Shown: piece after piece, positions 9,972 through 18,433 of the stretch
Position numbering within the stretch: position 1 is the first letter of the stretch
How the letters are laid out: each line of letters starts with the position of its first letter
Assembly (NCBI GenBank): GCA_021821945.1
Contig: JAJZTF010000003.1
Coordinates: 67,615-131,614 of the forward strand
Direction: 5' to 3'
Length of the DNA stretch: 64,000 bases
From: Pseudomonadota bacterium
GTDB taxonomy: Bacteria > Pseudomonadota > Gammaproteobacteria > Burkholderiales > Gallionellaceae
Translations under genes and position numbers: made by a program
The notes under the pieces: generated by a model
Seen by the model: the letters and a program-made list of their open reading frames with translations, nothing else
Told to the model about the DNA's origin: nothing
The model's database searches: none

Positions 9972-10960
9972 ATATGAACTGGAAGCTATACCCTATAGAC
10001 GAATTCGAGCGCCATCGGGATGCCTGGCAGAGGCTGAATCGGGAAGCATTGCTCGATGCGGATTTCGTTGTTCCCGCATTGAAGGTGTTCGGTTCGGGAG
10101 GCGAATTGCTGGCTGTGTATGGGGGCGAGCCATGTGCAATGGCCATCCTGATGCCCAAGGGCAGAATGGGATGGGAGACTTTTCAGCCTTCCCAGGCTCC
10201 CATCGGTGCCTGGTTGCAAAAGGGCGACATGGATTTGCGGCACTTGCTTTCCGGTTTGCTAAAGTCGCTGCCAGGATTCTCGCTGATACTCGGACTGACG
10301 CAGCAGGATCCCGATCTGCTTCCGAGGCCTGACGAAAAACCTGATCTGAAGACTCTCGATTACATCGACACTGCGAGAATCACCGTTGCAGGTAGTTTCG
10401 ATGAATACTGGCAATCGCGCGGAAAGAACCTGCGGCACAACATGAAAAAGCAGAGGAACAATCTGGAAAAGTTGGGCATCGTTACCCGGCTTGAAATGAT
10501 CGCCAAACCCGAAGGCGTGGCCCAGGCCATTGCGGATTACGGGCGAATCGAAAGCGCAGGCTGGAAGGCTGAGGGAGGTACAGCCATCCATGTTGACAAC
10601 GATCAGGGGCGGTTCTACAGGGAAATGCTAGAGGCATTCTGCCGGCGCGGGGCTGGAAGGATATACCGGTATTGGTACAATGACGAGATTGCCGCGATGG
10701 ATCTGTGCATCGAAGGGAACGGCAGCATCATCATACTGAAGACCACATACGACGAGTCGGTGAGCAATGGAACATCCCCTGCGTTTCTCATGCGTCAGGA
10801 TTCGTTCAGGCAGATTTTCGACGAGGGAAGGCTGAAGAGGATCGAATTCTACGGAAAGCTGATGGAGTGGCATACGAAATGGAGCGACGAAGTGCGCACC
10901 ATGTATCATGTAAACTGTTTCAGATGGGCCATTATTCCTCGCTTGCGCCGCTTCGTGTGA
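9968..10960 (+). CDS. Second CelD/BioF2-like GNAT acyltransferase
   Basis: Within ORF 9917-10960. The start at 9968 (MNMNWKLYP) forms an ATGA overlap with the DegT stop. The motif SFDEYWQSRGKNLRHNMKKQ parallels SYSEYSGFLPSKLRNTLKRK in the first GNAT. Confidence 0.6.
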   Translation: MNMNWKLYPIDEFERHRDAWQRLNREALLDADFVVPALKVFGSGGELLAVYGGEPCAMAILMPKGRMGWETFQPSQAPIGAWLQKGDMDLRHLLSGLLKSLPGFSLILGLTQQDPDLLPRPDEKPDLKTLDYIDTARITVAGSFDEYWQSRGKNLRHNMKKQRNNLEKLGIVTRLEMIAKPEGVAQAIADYGRIESAGWKAEGGTAIHVDNDQGRFYREMLEAFCRRGAGRIYRYWYNDEIAAMDLCIEGNGSIIILKTTYDESVSNGTSPAFLMRQDSFRQIFDEGRLKRIEFYGKLMEWHTKWSDEVRTMYHVNCFRWAIIPRLRRFV

Positions 10961-10990
10961 CGCAAGCCAATAACAGGAGCTTCCCGCCAC

Positions 10991-12556
10991 ATGGCTGAAC
11001 TGTTGCATGAACTGATACTGGAATCCGCAAAGAGAAGCCCCGGGCGGGAGGCGCTCGTCTATCAGAAGTCGCGCCTTGACTACGGGGCGCTTGCCGCAGA
11101 AGTGTCAGATGCCGCAGATGCATTGATCGGTCTCGGTCTGGCAAGATCCGAGCGGGTCGCAGTCTATCTCGAAAAACGCATCGAAACGGTCGCGGCCATG
11201 TTCGGGACCTCGGCCGCAGGCGGCGTCTTCGTGCCGGTGAATCCGATACTCAAAGCAGAGCAGGTCGCGTACATACTCAAAGACTGCAGCGTGCGCATCC
11301 TGGTCACTTCAATGGACAGGCTGAGGCTGCTTTCCGAATCGCTCAAGGATTGCCGGGATCTTCATACCGTGCTCGTCGTGGGTGATGGCGACCTCCCAGA
11401 AATCTCCGGGATCAATTTGCATCGCTGGGGTGGCGTTGCAAGGAAAAGCTGCAGGAGGCATCGCGTGATCAATGCCGACATGGCGGCGATACTCTACACC
11501 TCAGGCAGCACCGGCAAACCCAAGGGGGTCGTGCTCTCCCATCTCAATATGGTGACAGGGGCGAAGAGCGTTGCGCAGTATCTTAAGAACAAGCCGGATG
11601 ACCGCATCCTGTCGGTTCTGCCTCTGAGCTTCGATTACGGATTCAGTCAGCTGACGACCGCGTTTCATGTGGGCGCAACGGCAGTGTTGATGAATCACCT
11701 CTTGCCTAGGGATATCGTGAAGGTTGTGGAAAAGGAGAGGATCACGGGACTTGCGGCGGTGCCTCCTCTCTGGATACAGCTCTCCCAGCTCGAGTGGCCA
11801 CTTGAAGCGGCTTCAAGCATCCGCTATTTCACCAATTCCGGCGGCGCGATGCCGCTGACCACGCTTGCCGAATTGCGTTCGAGATTCCCTAATGCGAGCC
11901 CCTATCTAATGTATGGCCTCACGGAGGCATTCCGCTCGACCTATCTTCCACCGGAAGAGGTCGATCGCCGCCCCGACTCGATAGGCAAGGCGATCCCGAA
12001 TGCGGAGATCATGGTGGTGAGGGAGGACGGTTCTCCCTGCTCGCCTGGAGAGCCGGGCGAGCTCGTGCATCGCGGCGCGCTGGTCTCCCTTGGCTATTGG
12101 AACGACCATGAAAAGACTGCGGAGCGTTTCAAGCCTGCGCCAAACAGGGAGGGCGGGCTTACCATGCCCGAGATGGCTGTATGGTCGGGAGACACCGTGA
12201 GGATGGACGATGAAGGATTCCTTTACTTCATCAGCCGCAGGGATGAGATGATCAAGACCTCGGGCTACAGGGTGAGTCCGACAGAGGTCGAGGAAGTGAT
12301 CTATGCCACGGAGATGGCGGGTGAAGTGGCCGCAGTCGGTGTGCCTCATCCCGTGCTGGGGCAGGCGATCGTCGTGATCGTGTCTGAACGCCCGGGGCAA
12401 CCCCTGGATTTGGATGCGTTGATGGCAGAATGCAAACAGCGCCTGCCTGCCTACATGGTGCCATCAGAGATAAGGCGGCATCACGGGAGCCTTCCGCGCA
12501 ACCCGAACGGAAAGATAGACAGAAAGCTCCTTCTGAACGGGCTGCTTGAAGGCTAG
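10991..12556 (+). CDS. AMP-forming acyl-CoA ligase / adenylation enzyme (exosortase-A-system-associated type)
   Basis: 521-aa ORF with AMP-binding motifs YTSGSTGKPKGV, YGLTE, SGD and KTSGYRV, and a C-terminal PRNPNGKIDR. Confidence 0.85.
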   Translation: MAELLHELILESAKRSPGREALVYQKSRLDYGALAAEVSDAADALIGLGLARSERVAVYLEKRIETVAAMFGTSAAGGVFVPVNPILKAEQVAYILKDCSVRILVTSMDRLRLLSESLKDCRDLHTVLVVGDGDLPEISGINLHRWGGVARKSCRRHRVINADMAAILYTSGSTGKPKGVVLSHLNMVTGAKSVAQYLKNKPDDRILSVLPLSFDYGFSQLTTAFHVGATAVLMNHLLPRDIVKVVEKERITGLAAVPPLWIQLSQLEWPLEAASSIRYFTNSGGAMPLTTLAELRSRFPNASPYLMYGLTEAFRSTYLPPEEVDRRPDSIGKAIPNAEIMVVREDGSPCSPGEPGELVHRGALVSLGYWNDHEKTAERFKPAPNREGGLTMPEMAVWSGDTVRMDDEGFLYFISRRDEMIKTSGYRVSPTEVEEVIYATEMAGEVAAVGVPHPVLGQAIVVIVSERPGQPLDLDALMAECKQRLPAYMVPSEIRRHHGSLPRNPNGKIDRKLLLNGLLEG

Positions 12557-12557
12557 T

Positions 12558-13226
12558 TCAGCTCGGGCGCTGCTTCATGCGGCCTAAAGCCAGTCCAGAA
12601 AGACCGATTCCCAGGAGCAGGATGCTGCTGGGTTCCGGGACGACGAAGGAGTTGTCGGCATGCAGGAAAGTGCCGTTATTGGTTGCGGCAAAGCTGTCGG
12701 TCACTGTCAATGCTCCCGTATAAAAAGGCAGCGGCGTTTCAGGGGCGTTGCTCCCATTGGTGCTCGTCAGGGTCAGCAGCGTATTGCCGGCACTGTCGCT
12801 TAGCGTTTTTGTCGCAGAAGTAGTTCCGATGACCACGGTATCGAAATTCACCCCGGTTACTTGGGGGTTGCTGCCTATCGGAGACACTGAATAAACGAGG
12901 TTGCCTCCCCCTGAATAGCCGTTGGGAAAGCCGGAAGCGGCATGCCAGTCAAGACCGAGATCGTAATAATCGCTTCCGCCGATTTCAGTTTCAGTAACGT
13001 CGAAGCCGGTATTAGCTCCCCCGACAGTGTTCGGTATGGTCGCGCTGCCGTAAGTGAAGGTCATGTCGTTGTCAGCATCGGTGCAGGACCCGGCCGCTGC
13101 CCAGTCGCCAACGGTGGTCATGCCAGCTGAGCCGCAGACAGCGGCGGATGCTGCGCCGCTGGCCAGGAGGGCGCCGGCAGCCAGAATGCCGGACAGGGTT
13201 TTTCTATTCATCATAAGCTTTTTCAT
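12558..13226 (-). CDS. PEP-CTERM sorting-domain secreted protein (putative exosortase cargo)
   Basis: Within ORF 12558-13286. The start at the internal Met gives a signal peptide (MKKLMMNRKTLSGILAAGALLASGAASA). The C-terminus, VPEPSSILLLGIGLSGLALGRMKQR, has the PEP motif, a TM segment and a basic tail. Confidence 0.85.
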   Translation of the reverse strand: MKKLMMNRKTLSGILAAGALLASGAASAAVCGSAGMTTVGDWAAAGSCTDADNDMTFTYGSATIPNTVGGANTGFDVTETEIGGSDYYDLGLDWHAASGFPNGYSGGGNLVYSVSPIGSNPQVTGVNFDTVVIGTTSATKTLSDSAGNTLLTLTSTNGSNAPETPLPFYTGALTVTDSFAATNNGTFLHADNSFVVPEPSSILLLGIGLSGLALGRMKQRPS

Positions 13227-13350
13227 GATATTGCTCCTTAAATTTGGTTGAATTTTAAGTGAGAGATCTTGAATTTCAGCTTGCAAGGAATGTTGAATTC
13301 CTTGTAGAAATGAAAAAACCGGGGAATTTTGCTTCTACGCATCATGAATA

Positions 13351-13366
13351 AGCACAAATCGGACCA
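13351..13366 (-). promoter_or_regulatory. Candidate sigma-54 -24/-12 element upstream of the PEP-CTERM cargo gene
   Basis: The minus strand reads TGGTCCG-ATTT-GTGCT with correct GG-N10-GC spacing. It lies about 125 nt upstream of the ATG at 13226, and the match is weaker than the one at 2841. Confidence 0.35.
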
Positions 13367-13600
13367 TGGATATTATTCATATATAATCAATATGTTGGTG
13401 TTATTTTTTGGCTCCCTGTAAATTTTTTCCGTTAAAAATGCCGACAGCACGGCCCCGGGGTGGGCGGCAAGATGATGCATTGCCAGAGTCTTTCGGGCGC
13501 AGAAAACAGGCTATTCCTCAGACTTTTTGGGGGTATGGCAGAATGTAAATTCTTCCGACAGGCAAAGCTGCTTGGCTGTCAGATTTGCGAAAGAAATCGT

Positions 13601-13629
13601 TTGACAGCACGGGGTGGTTGTACTAGAAT
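13601..13629 (+). promoter_or_regulatory. Sigma-70 promoter of rplM-rpsI
   Basis: TTGACA, a 17-nt spacer, then TAGAAT. It lies about 45 nt upstream of the rplM ATG. Confidence 0.7.
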
Positions 13630-13672
13630 TCGCGCCCTTCGAAGTTCCAATACAGAATTTAGGATAGTGGCT

Positions 13673-14110
13673 ATGAAAACATTTTCCGCTAAGGCACATG
13701 AAGTCCAGCACGACTGGCTTCTGGTAGATGCCGCTGATCAGGTGCTCGGCCGTCTGGCTGCACAAATCGCCTCGCGTCTGCGCGGCAAGCACAAGGCGAT
13801 ATACACGCCTCATGTGGATACCGGCGACTTCGTCGTCGTGGTCAACGCCGAGAAGCTGCGCGTGACCGGCAACAAGTCCAAGGCCAAGCTGTACCATCGC
13901 CACACCGGCTATCCCGGCGGCCTCTACACGACCAATTTCTCAAAGCTGCAGGCCCGCCATCCGGCGCGTATCCTGGAAAAGGCCGTCAAGGGCATGCTTC
14001 CAAAGGGGCCTCTCGGCTATGCGATGCTGCGCAAGATGAAGGTCTATGCGGGTGCGACTCATCCCCATGCGGCGCAGCAACCCAAACCCATTAACTTGTT
14101 GAAGGCTTAA
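13673..14110 (+). CDS. rplM: 50S ribosomal protein L13
   Basis: Internal Met of ORF 13460-14110. [20 protein letters not shown]...GMLPKGPLG is canonical L13. Confidence 0.95.
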   Translation: MKTFSAKAHEVQHDWLLVDAADQVLGRLAAQIASRLRGKHKAIYTPHVDTGDFVVVVNAEKLRVTGNKSKAKLYHRHTGYPGGLYTTNFSKLQARHPARILEKAVKGMLPKGPLGYAMLRKMKVYAGATHPHAAQQPKPINLLKA

Positions 14111-14112
14111 TC

Positions 14113-14505
14113 ATGGCGGTCACTTATAACTACGGCACGGGTCGTCGCAAGAGCGCGGTAGCCCGCGTGTTCATCAAGGCAGGCAAGGGCGATTTCGTCG
14201 TCAACGACAAACCAGTGGACGTATTCTTCTCTCGCGAGACCGGCCGCATGATCGTGCGCCAGCCGCTCAATCTGACCGATACGCTGGGCAAGTTCGACAT
14301 CATGGTCAACGTGACGGGCGGCGGCGAAAATGGCCAGGCTGGCGCGGTTCGCCACGGCATCACCCGCGCGCTGATCGACTACAACGCGGACTTCAAGCCG
14401 GTGCTGAAGGCTGCAGGTCTGGTCACGCGGGATGCGCGCGAAGTCGAGCGCAAGAAGGTCGGTCTTCGCAAGGCGCGTCGCAGGAAGCAATTCTCCAAGC
14501 GCTGA
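14113..14505 (+). CDS. rpsI: 30S ribosomal protein S9
   Basis: 130 aa ending in [11 protein letters not shown]. Confidence 0.95.
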   Translation: MAVTYNYGTGRRKSAVARVFIKAGKGDFVVNDKPVDVFFSRETGRMIVRQPLNLTDTLGKFDIMVNVTGGGENGQAGAVRHGITRALIDYNADFKPVLKAAGLVTRDAREVERKKVGLRKARRRKQFSKR

Positions 14506-14531
14506 TTTTCCGGCGCCTGCAACGGAACACA

Positions 14532-14560
14532 CAAAGCCGCCTTCGGGCGGCTTTGTTGTA
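14532..14560 (+). terminator. Rho-independent terminator after rpsI
   Basis: Stem CAAAGCCGCC, loop ttcg, stem GGCGGCTTTG, followed by TTGT. Confidence 0.65.
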
Positions 14561-14591
14561 TCATGTGGTCTGATATTCGATGGGAGCTCAA

Positions 14592-15620
14592 ATGATCAAG
14601 GTTGGCATAGTCGGCGGAACGGGATATACGGGGGTTGAGCTGTTGCGCCTCCTGGCACTGCATCCCGAGGTGCAGCTTCACGCGATCACTTCCCGCGCCG
14701 ATGCGGGCACGCCAGTCAGCCAGATGTTCCCCAGCCTGCGCGGCCTTGTCGACTTGAAGTTCGTTCATCCTGATGAGGCCCACCTCGAGACCTGCGATCT
14801 CGTATTCTTCGCAACCCCCAACGGAATCGCGATGCAGCAGACCAAGGCGCTGCTCGATCAGGGCGTGAAGGTGATCGATCTGGCTGCGGACTTCCGCATC
14901 AAGGACATCGCGCTGTGGGAGAAGTGGTATGGCATGACCCATGCCTGCCCGGACCTCGTCGAAGAAGCCGTGTATGGCCTGCCCGAGATCAACCGTGAGA
15001 AGATAAGATCAGCGCGGCTGGTCGCCAATCCGGGCTGCTATCCTACTGCCGTTCAGCTGGGCTTCATACCGCTCCTCGAGGCGGGCGTCATCGAGGAAAC
15101 AGGGCTGATCGCGGATGCCAAGTCAGGTGTTTCCGGCGCGGGACGCAAGGCCGAGATTCATACCCTGTTCGCTGAGGCGAGCGACAACTTCAAGGCATAT
15201 GGCGTCGCGGGCCACAGGCACCTTCCGGAGATCCGCCAGGGACTCTCCGGCATTGTCGGTCGCGAGGTCGGGCTTACCTTCGTCCCTCACCTGACGCCCT
15301 TGATCAGGGGCATACACGCCACGCTCTACGGAAAACTGACCCGCGATGTTGACCTGCAGGCGCTTTTCGAGAAGCGCTACGAGAGCGAATTTTTCGTCGA
15401 CGTGATGCCCCCGGGCAGCCATCCGGAGACGCGCACGGTCAGGGGCTCGAACCGCTGCCGCATCGCCTTGCACAGGCCTCAGGGGGGCGATACCGTCGTC
15501 GTGCTTTCCGTGATCGACAATCTGGTCAAGGGCGCTGCAGGGCAGGCTGTCCAGAACATGAACATCATGTTCGGATTCGCAGAGGACACGGCCCTGAACA
15601 TCGTTCCGCTGCTTCCATGA
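14592..15620 (+). CDS. argC: N-acetyl-gamma-glutamyl-phosphate reductase
   Basis: [21 protein letters not shown] at the N-terminus and the catalytic GCYPT motif. Confidence 0.9.
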   Translation: MIKVGIVGGTGYTGVELLRLLALHPEVQLHAITSRADAGTPVSQMFPSLRGLVDLKFVHPDEAHLETCDLVFFATPNGIAMQQTKALLDQGVKVIDLAADFRIKDIALWEKWYGMTHACPDLVEEAVYGLPEINREKIRSARLVANPGCYPTAVQLGFIPLLEAGVIEETGLIADAKSGVSGAGRKAEIHTLFAEASDNFKAYGVAGHRHLPEIRQGLSGIVGREVGLTFVPHLTPLIRGIHATLYGKLTRDVDLQALFEKRYESEFFVDVMPPGSHPETRTVRGSNRCRIALHRPQGGDTVVVLSVIDNLVKGAAGQAVQNMNIMFGFAEDTALNIVPLLP

Positions 15621-15647
15621 TGCGTAAAGCAGGGGTTCGAGATTAAG

Positions 15648-16385
15648 GTGCTGCGCAAGGCCAAACGCAGGTTTGGCATAACAGCCCCCCGCCTGGCTGT
15701 CAGGCCTCATGTCGCATGGTATCTGCGCTGGGGCATGATGATCCCTTTTTTGCTTGCGGTTCTGGCACTGGTCTGGTTTGCCTACAACAGCGGCCTCGAA
15801 TTTGCAGGCTTTGAAAGGGGGGCGACCCGGCAGGAACTCGACAGCCTCAGGGCCATGGTAGCCCAGCTGAGCATTGAAAATGCCGACCTCAACAGGAAGG
15901 TCGCTCAGTTCGAGCAGCAGCTCCAGATGGACAAAGGGCAAAGCGCAGAGACGGCGCGACAGATGAAGAGCCTTAGCGACGAGAACATGAAGCTGCAGGA
16001 GGATCTGAATTTCTTCCGCGACCTGACTGCAGCGAACGGCAAGGAAGGCGAGCTCGCGATCCACAGGCTGACGCTTGAGCGCGACAGGATGCCGGGAGAA
16101 TATCGGGTGCGCATGCTGCTTGTGCAAAGCGGTGTGCGCGTCAAGGAATTTGCGGGCAGCTATCAGCTCATCGCGACCGTCTTGCAGGGCGGGAAGAAGA
16201 CGACCCGGATATTCCCCTCCGTTAATTCCGGGAATGAGCCTTTTCAGTTGAATTTCAAGTATTATGTGAGGCTGGAGAAAAGCTTCAGCCTGCCGCAGGA
16301 TGTGCAGCTTCTGAATGTCGAGGTCAGGCTGTACGAGCACGGCGTGACCGAACCCAGGGTGCGCCAGAGCGTGAACCTTGGCTGA
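15648..16385 (+). CDS. Hypothetical membrane-anchored coiled-coil protein, the upstream partner of bactofilin
   Basis: 245-aa ORF with a GTG start. It has one TM segment (MMIPFLLAVLALVWFAY) followed by a coiled coil. Its stop overlaps the bactofilin start. Confidence 0.5.
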   Translation: MLRKAKRRFGITAPRLAVRPHVAWYLRWGMMIPFLLAVLALVWFAYNSGLEFAGFERGATRQELDSLRAMVAQLSIENADLNRKVAQFEQQLQMDKGQSAETARQMKSLSDENMKLQEDLNFFRDLTAANGKEGELAIHRLTLERDRMPGEYRVRMLLVQSGVRVKEFAGSYQLIATVLQGGKKTTRIFPSVNSGNEPFQLNFKYYVRLEKSFSLPQDVQLLNVEVRLYEHGVTEPRVRQSVNLG

Positions 16386-16795
16386 TGGGAGGAATCTTGT
16401 TCAACAGGAAGCACAGCAAGCCGCAAAACCGGATAGACACGCTGATCGGCGCAGGAACGGTGGTTGATGGCAACTTCAGTTTCAGCGGTGGGATGCGCAT
16501 AGATGGCGCAATAAACGGCAACGTGATCGCTGAGCCTGGCAAGCCAAGCACGCTGGTGATAAGCGAGCAGGGCAGGGTGGTAGGCGAGGTGAGCGTGACT
16601 CACCTGGTCGTCAACGGCGGGATCCGGGGACAGGTGACCGCCAGCGAGTATCTGGAACTTCATGCGAAGGCCAGGGTCACAGGCGACGTGAACTACAAGA
16701 TTCTGGAAATACAGATGGGCGCGATACTCGAAGGGCGTCTGATCAACATGAATGCTGCTGACCAGGATAAAGTGGTGGCGTTGAAAACGGGCTAG
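16385..16795 (+). CDS. Bactofilin (CcmA-like polymer-forming cytoskeletal protein)
   Basis: Repetitive beta-helix sequence: GTVVDGNFSFSGGMRIDGAINGNV...VNGGIRGQV...VTGDVNY. Confidence 0.8.
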   Translation: MGGILFNRKHSKPQNRIDTLIGAGTVVDGNFSFSGGMRIDGAINGNVIAEPGKPSTLVISEQGRVVGEVSVTHLVVNGGIRGQVTASEYLELHAKARVTGDVNYKILEIQMGAILEGRLINMNAADQDKVVALKTG

Positions 16796-16813
16796 TTAAT
16801 TTAAGGAGAAAAC

Positions 16814-17167
16814 ATGAATGCAATGAATGAAATGACCGCCGAAGTGCTGATCTTCACGGACAGCGCGGCGACCAAGGTGAAGCAGCTGATAGACGAGGAA
16901 GGCAATGCGGATCTCAAGCTGCGCGTGTTCGTCACCGGCGGCGGATGCTCTGGCTTCCAGTATGGCTTCACCTTCGACGAGGTGGTGAACGAGGACGACA
17001 CGGTCCTTGACAAGAACGGCGTCAAGCTCCTGATCGACCCGATGAGCTTCCAGTATCTGACGGGCGCTGAGATCGACTATCAGGAAGGCCTGGAAGGCGC
17101 GCAGTTCGTGATCAAGAATCCGAATGCGACGACGACCTGCGGCTGCGGTTCTTCCTTCTCGGTTTAA
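16814..17167 (+). CDS. erpA: Iron-sulfur cluster insertion protein ErpA
   Basis: An A-type carrier with [11 protein letters not shown] and C-terminal CGCGSSFSV. Confidence 0.9.
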   Translation: MNAMNEMTAEVLIFTDSAATKVKQLIDEEGNADLKLRVFVTGGGCSGFQYGFTFDEVVNEDDTVLDKNGVKLLIDPMSFQYLTGAEIDYQEGLEGAQFVIKNPNATTTCGCGSSFSV

Positions 17168-17186
17168 CTGGGCTTTGCTCGATGAG

Positions 17187-17217
17187 CAGGGCGGGTTTTA
17201 CCCGCCCTGTTTTTTTG
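17187..17217 (+). terminator. Rho-independent terminator after erpA
   Basis: Stem CAGGGCGGG, loop tttta, stem CCCGCCCTG, followed by T7. Confidence 0.8.
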
Positions 17218-17274
17218 GCTATGTGCATTTTGAGGTTGAAACCAACCTTGGATTGCACATTACGGGACATGTGG

Positions 17275-17532
17275 TTAGTAATGGTATCGACACTGAGCAA
17301 CAAGGATGGTGTCATCCTGAACTGCATAAACCAGACGATGCTCCTCATCTATGCGTCTGGACCAAAAGCCTGAAAGATTGTGTTTCAGCGGTTCGGGCTT
17401 CCCAATTCCTTCAAACGGGGATCGCTGTATGTCTTTCAGCAGTGTATGGATCCGCTTGAGTGTAGCTTGATCTTTCTTCTGCCAGAACAGGTAATCTTCC
17501 CAAGCCTGATCTGAAAATTTAATCGGCATCAA
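17275..17532 (-). CDS. yoeB: Type II toxin YoeB (Txe/YoeB mRNA interferase)
   Basis: 85 aa containing WEDYLFWQKKD...RRIDEEHRLVY...CRYHY. It overlaps the 3' end of yefM. Confidence 0.9.
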   Translation of the reverse strand: MMPIKFSDQAWEDYLFWQKKDQATLKRIHTLLKDIQRSPFEGIGKPEPLKHNLSGFWSRRIDEEHRLVYAVQDDTILVAQCRYHY

Positions 17533-17776
17533 TCAGCTCTCGGGTTTTACCTCCGTTTGCAGCAATTTGTTCGATCGACTCCATGAGTCGCTTCGCATTC
17601 TTCGGGCTACGCATCAGGTATGCGGTTTCTTCAAGGGCATTGAAGTCTTGCAATGACATCATGACAACTGGCTGCCCTGCCTGGCGGGTAATCAGAACTG
17701 GAGCGTGGTCATCTGCAACCTTGTTCATGATTTCCGCTAAATGCTGGCGAGTGTGGCTATACGTTATGGCTTCCAT
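17519..17776 (-). CDS. yefM: Type II antitoxin YefM (Phd/YefM family)
   Basis: 85 aa containing ITYSHTRQHLAEIMNKV...PVLITRQ. Confidence 0.9.
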   Translation of the reverse strand: MEAITYSHTRQHLAEIMNKVADDHAPVLITRQAGQPVVMMSLQDFNALEETAYLMRSPKNAKRLMESIEQIAANGGKTRELIDAD

Positions 17777-17789
17777 TCTTGCCTCCTTT

Positions 17790-17811
17790 ATTGTACGTAT
17801 ATTAGTACAAT
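17790..17811. promoter_or_regulatory. Probable YefM-YoeB operator
   Basis: ATTGTAC-gtatatta-GTACAAT is a perfect 7-bp inverted repeat containing GTAC cores. It lies 14-35 nt upstream of the yefM ATG. Confidence 0.55.
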
Positions 17812-17883
17812 TTCAGCGGGGATTCAAGTGGGGCCGACTGGTTGATTCCAACCAGATTTTGCACATGGCCGTTTTTTTTGCCT

Positions 17884-17911
17884 CTTGAAATCGGAGATGT
17901 CGTCCGCATAT
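17884..17911 (+). promoter_or_regulatory. Candidate sigma-32 (RpoH) heat-shock promoter for hsp20
   Basis: CTTGAAA, 13 nt, then CCGCATAT, compared with the consensus CTTGAAA-N13-15-CCCCATNT. It lies about 55 nt upstream of the hsp20 ATG. Confidence 0.5.
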
Positions 17912-17966
17912 CGCATCCAAGTCCGGCGAGAGCCGGTTTGTGACCAACTCGAATATGGAGGATATC

Positions 17967-18389
17967 ATGACAAGCCTGATCCGCTACAACACCGTCGACA
18001 ATGCGCTTGACGACCTGTTTCAGGGTTTCTTCATGCGCCCTGTCCGTATGGAAGGTGCATCCGAATTGCAGATGAAGCTGGACGTCAGTGAGGATGACGG
18101 CGCATATACGGTGCATGCCGAAATCCCCGGCGTGAAGAAAGAGGACATACACGTCAGCATCGAAGGAAACCAGGTTGCGATCAGCGCGGAAGTGAAGAAC
18201 GAGAAGGAAGTGAAGGAAGGCGAGAAGGTGCTGCGCAGCGAGCGCTATTACGGCAAGGTTTCGCGCGCCTTCACGCTGGGTCAGGATGTCGACGAGGCCG
18301 AGTCCCATGCCAGGTACAACAACGGCATCCTGGAGCTCGTCCTGAGGAAGAAGATCGCTTCATCCGCCAAGCGCCTTACCATACAGTAA
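17967..18389 (+). CDS. Small heat-shock protein (Hsp20/alpha-crystallin, IbpA-like)
   Basis: Within ORF 17940-18389. The ATG at 17967 is preceded by GGAGGA. Alpha-crystallin core: YTVHAEIPGVKKEDIHVSIEGNQVAISAE...GILELVLRK. Confidence 0.85.
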   Translation: MTSLIRYNTVDNALDDLFQGFFMRPVRMEGASELQMKLDVSEDDGAYTVHAEIPGVKKEDIHVSIEGNQVAISAEVKNEKEVKEGEKVLRSERYYGKVSRAFTLGQDVDEAESHARYNNGILELVLRKKIASSAKRLTIQ

Positions 18390-18433
18390 GCAATTTGAGT
18401 ATTGCCCGCAACCCGAGTAGAATGCGCGGGTTC

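Noticed and set aside
13460-13672. 71-aa N-terminal extension of the rplM ORF
   Set aside because: It contains the TTGACA-N17-TAGAAT promoter, and L13 homology begins at the Met at 13673.
17838-17879. 7-bp hairpin CTGGTTG-attc-CAACCAG followed by ATTTTG, and a T8 run, between the yefM operator and the hsp20 promoter
   Set aside because: No plus-strand gene lies upstream for it to terminate. The stem is short and AT-rich. It is most likely incidental or part of the promoter architecture.
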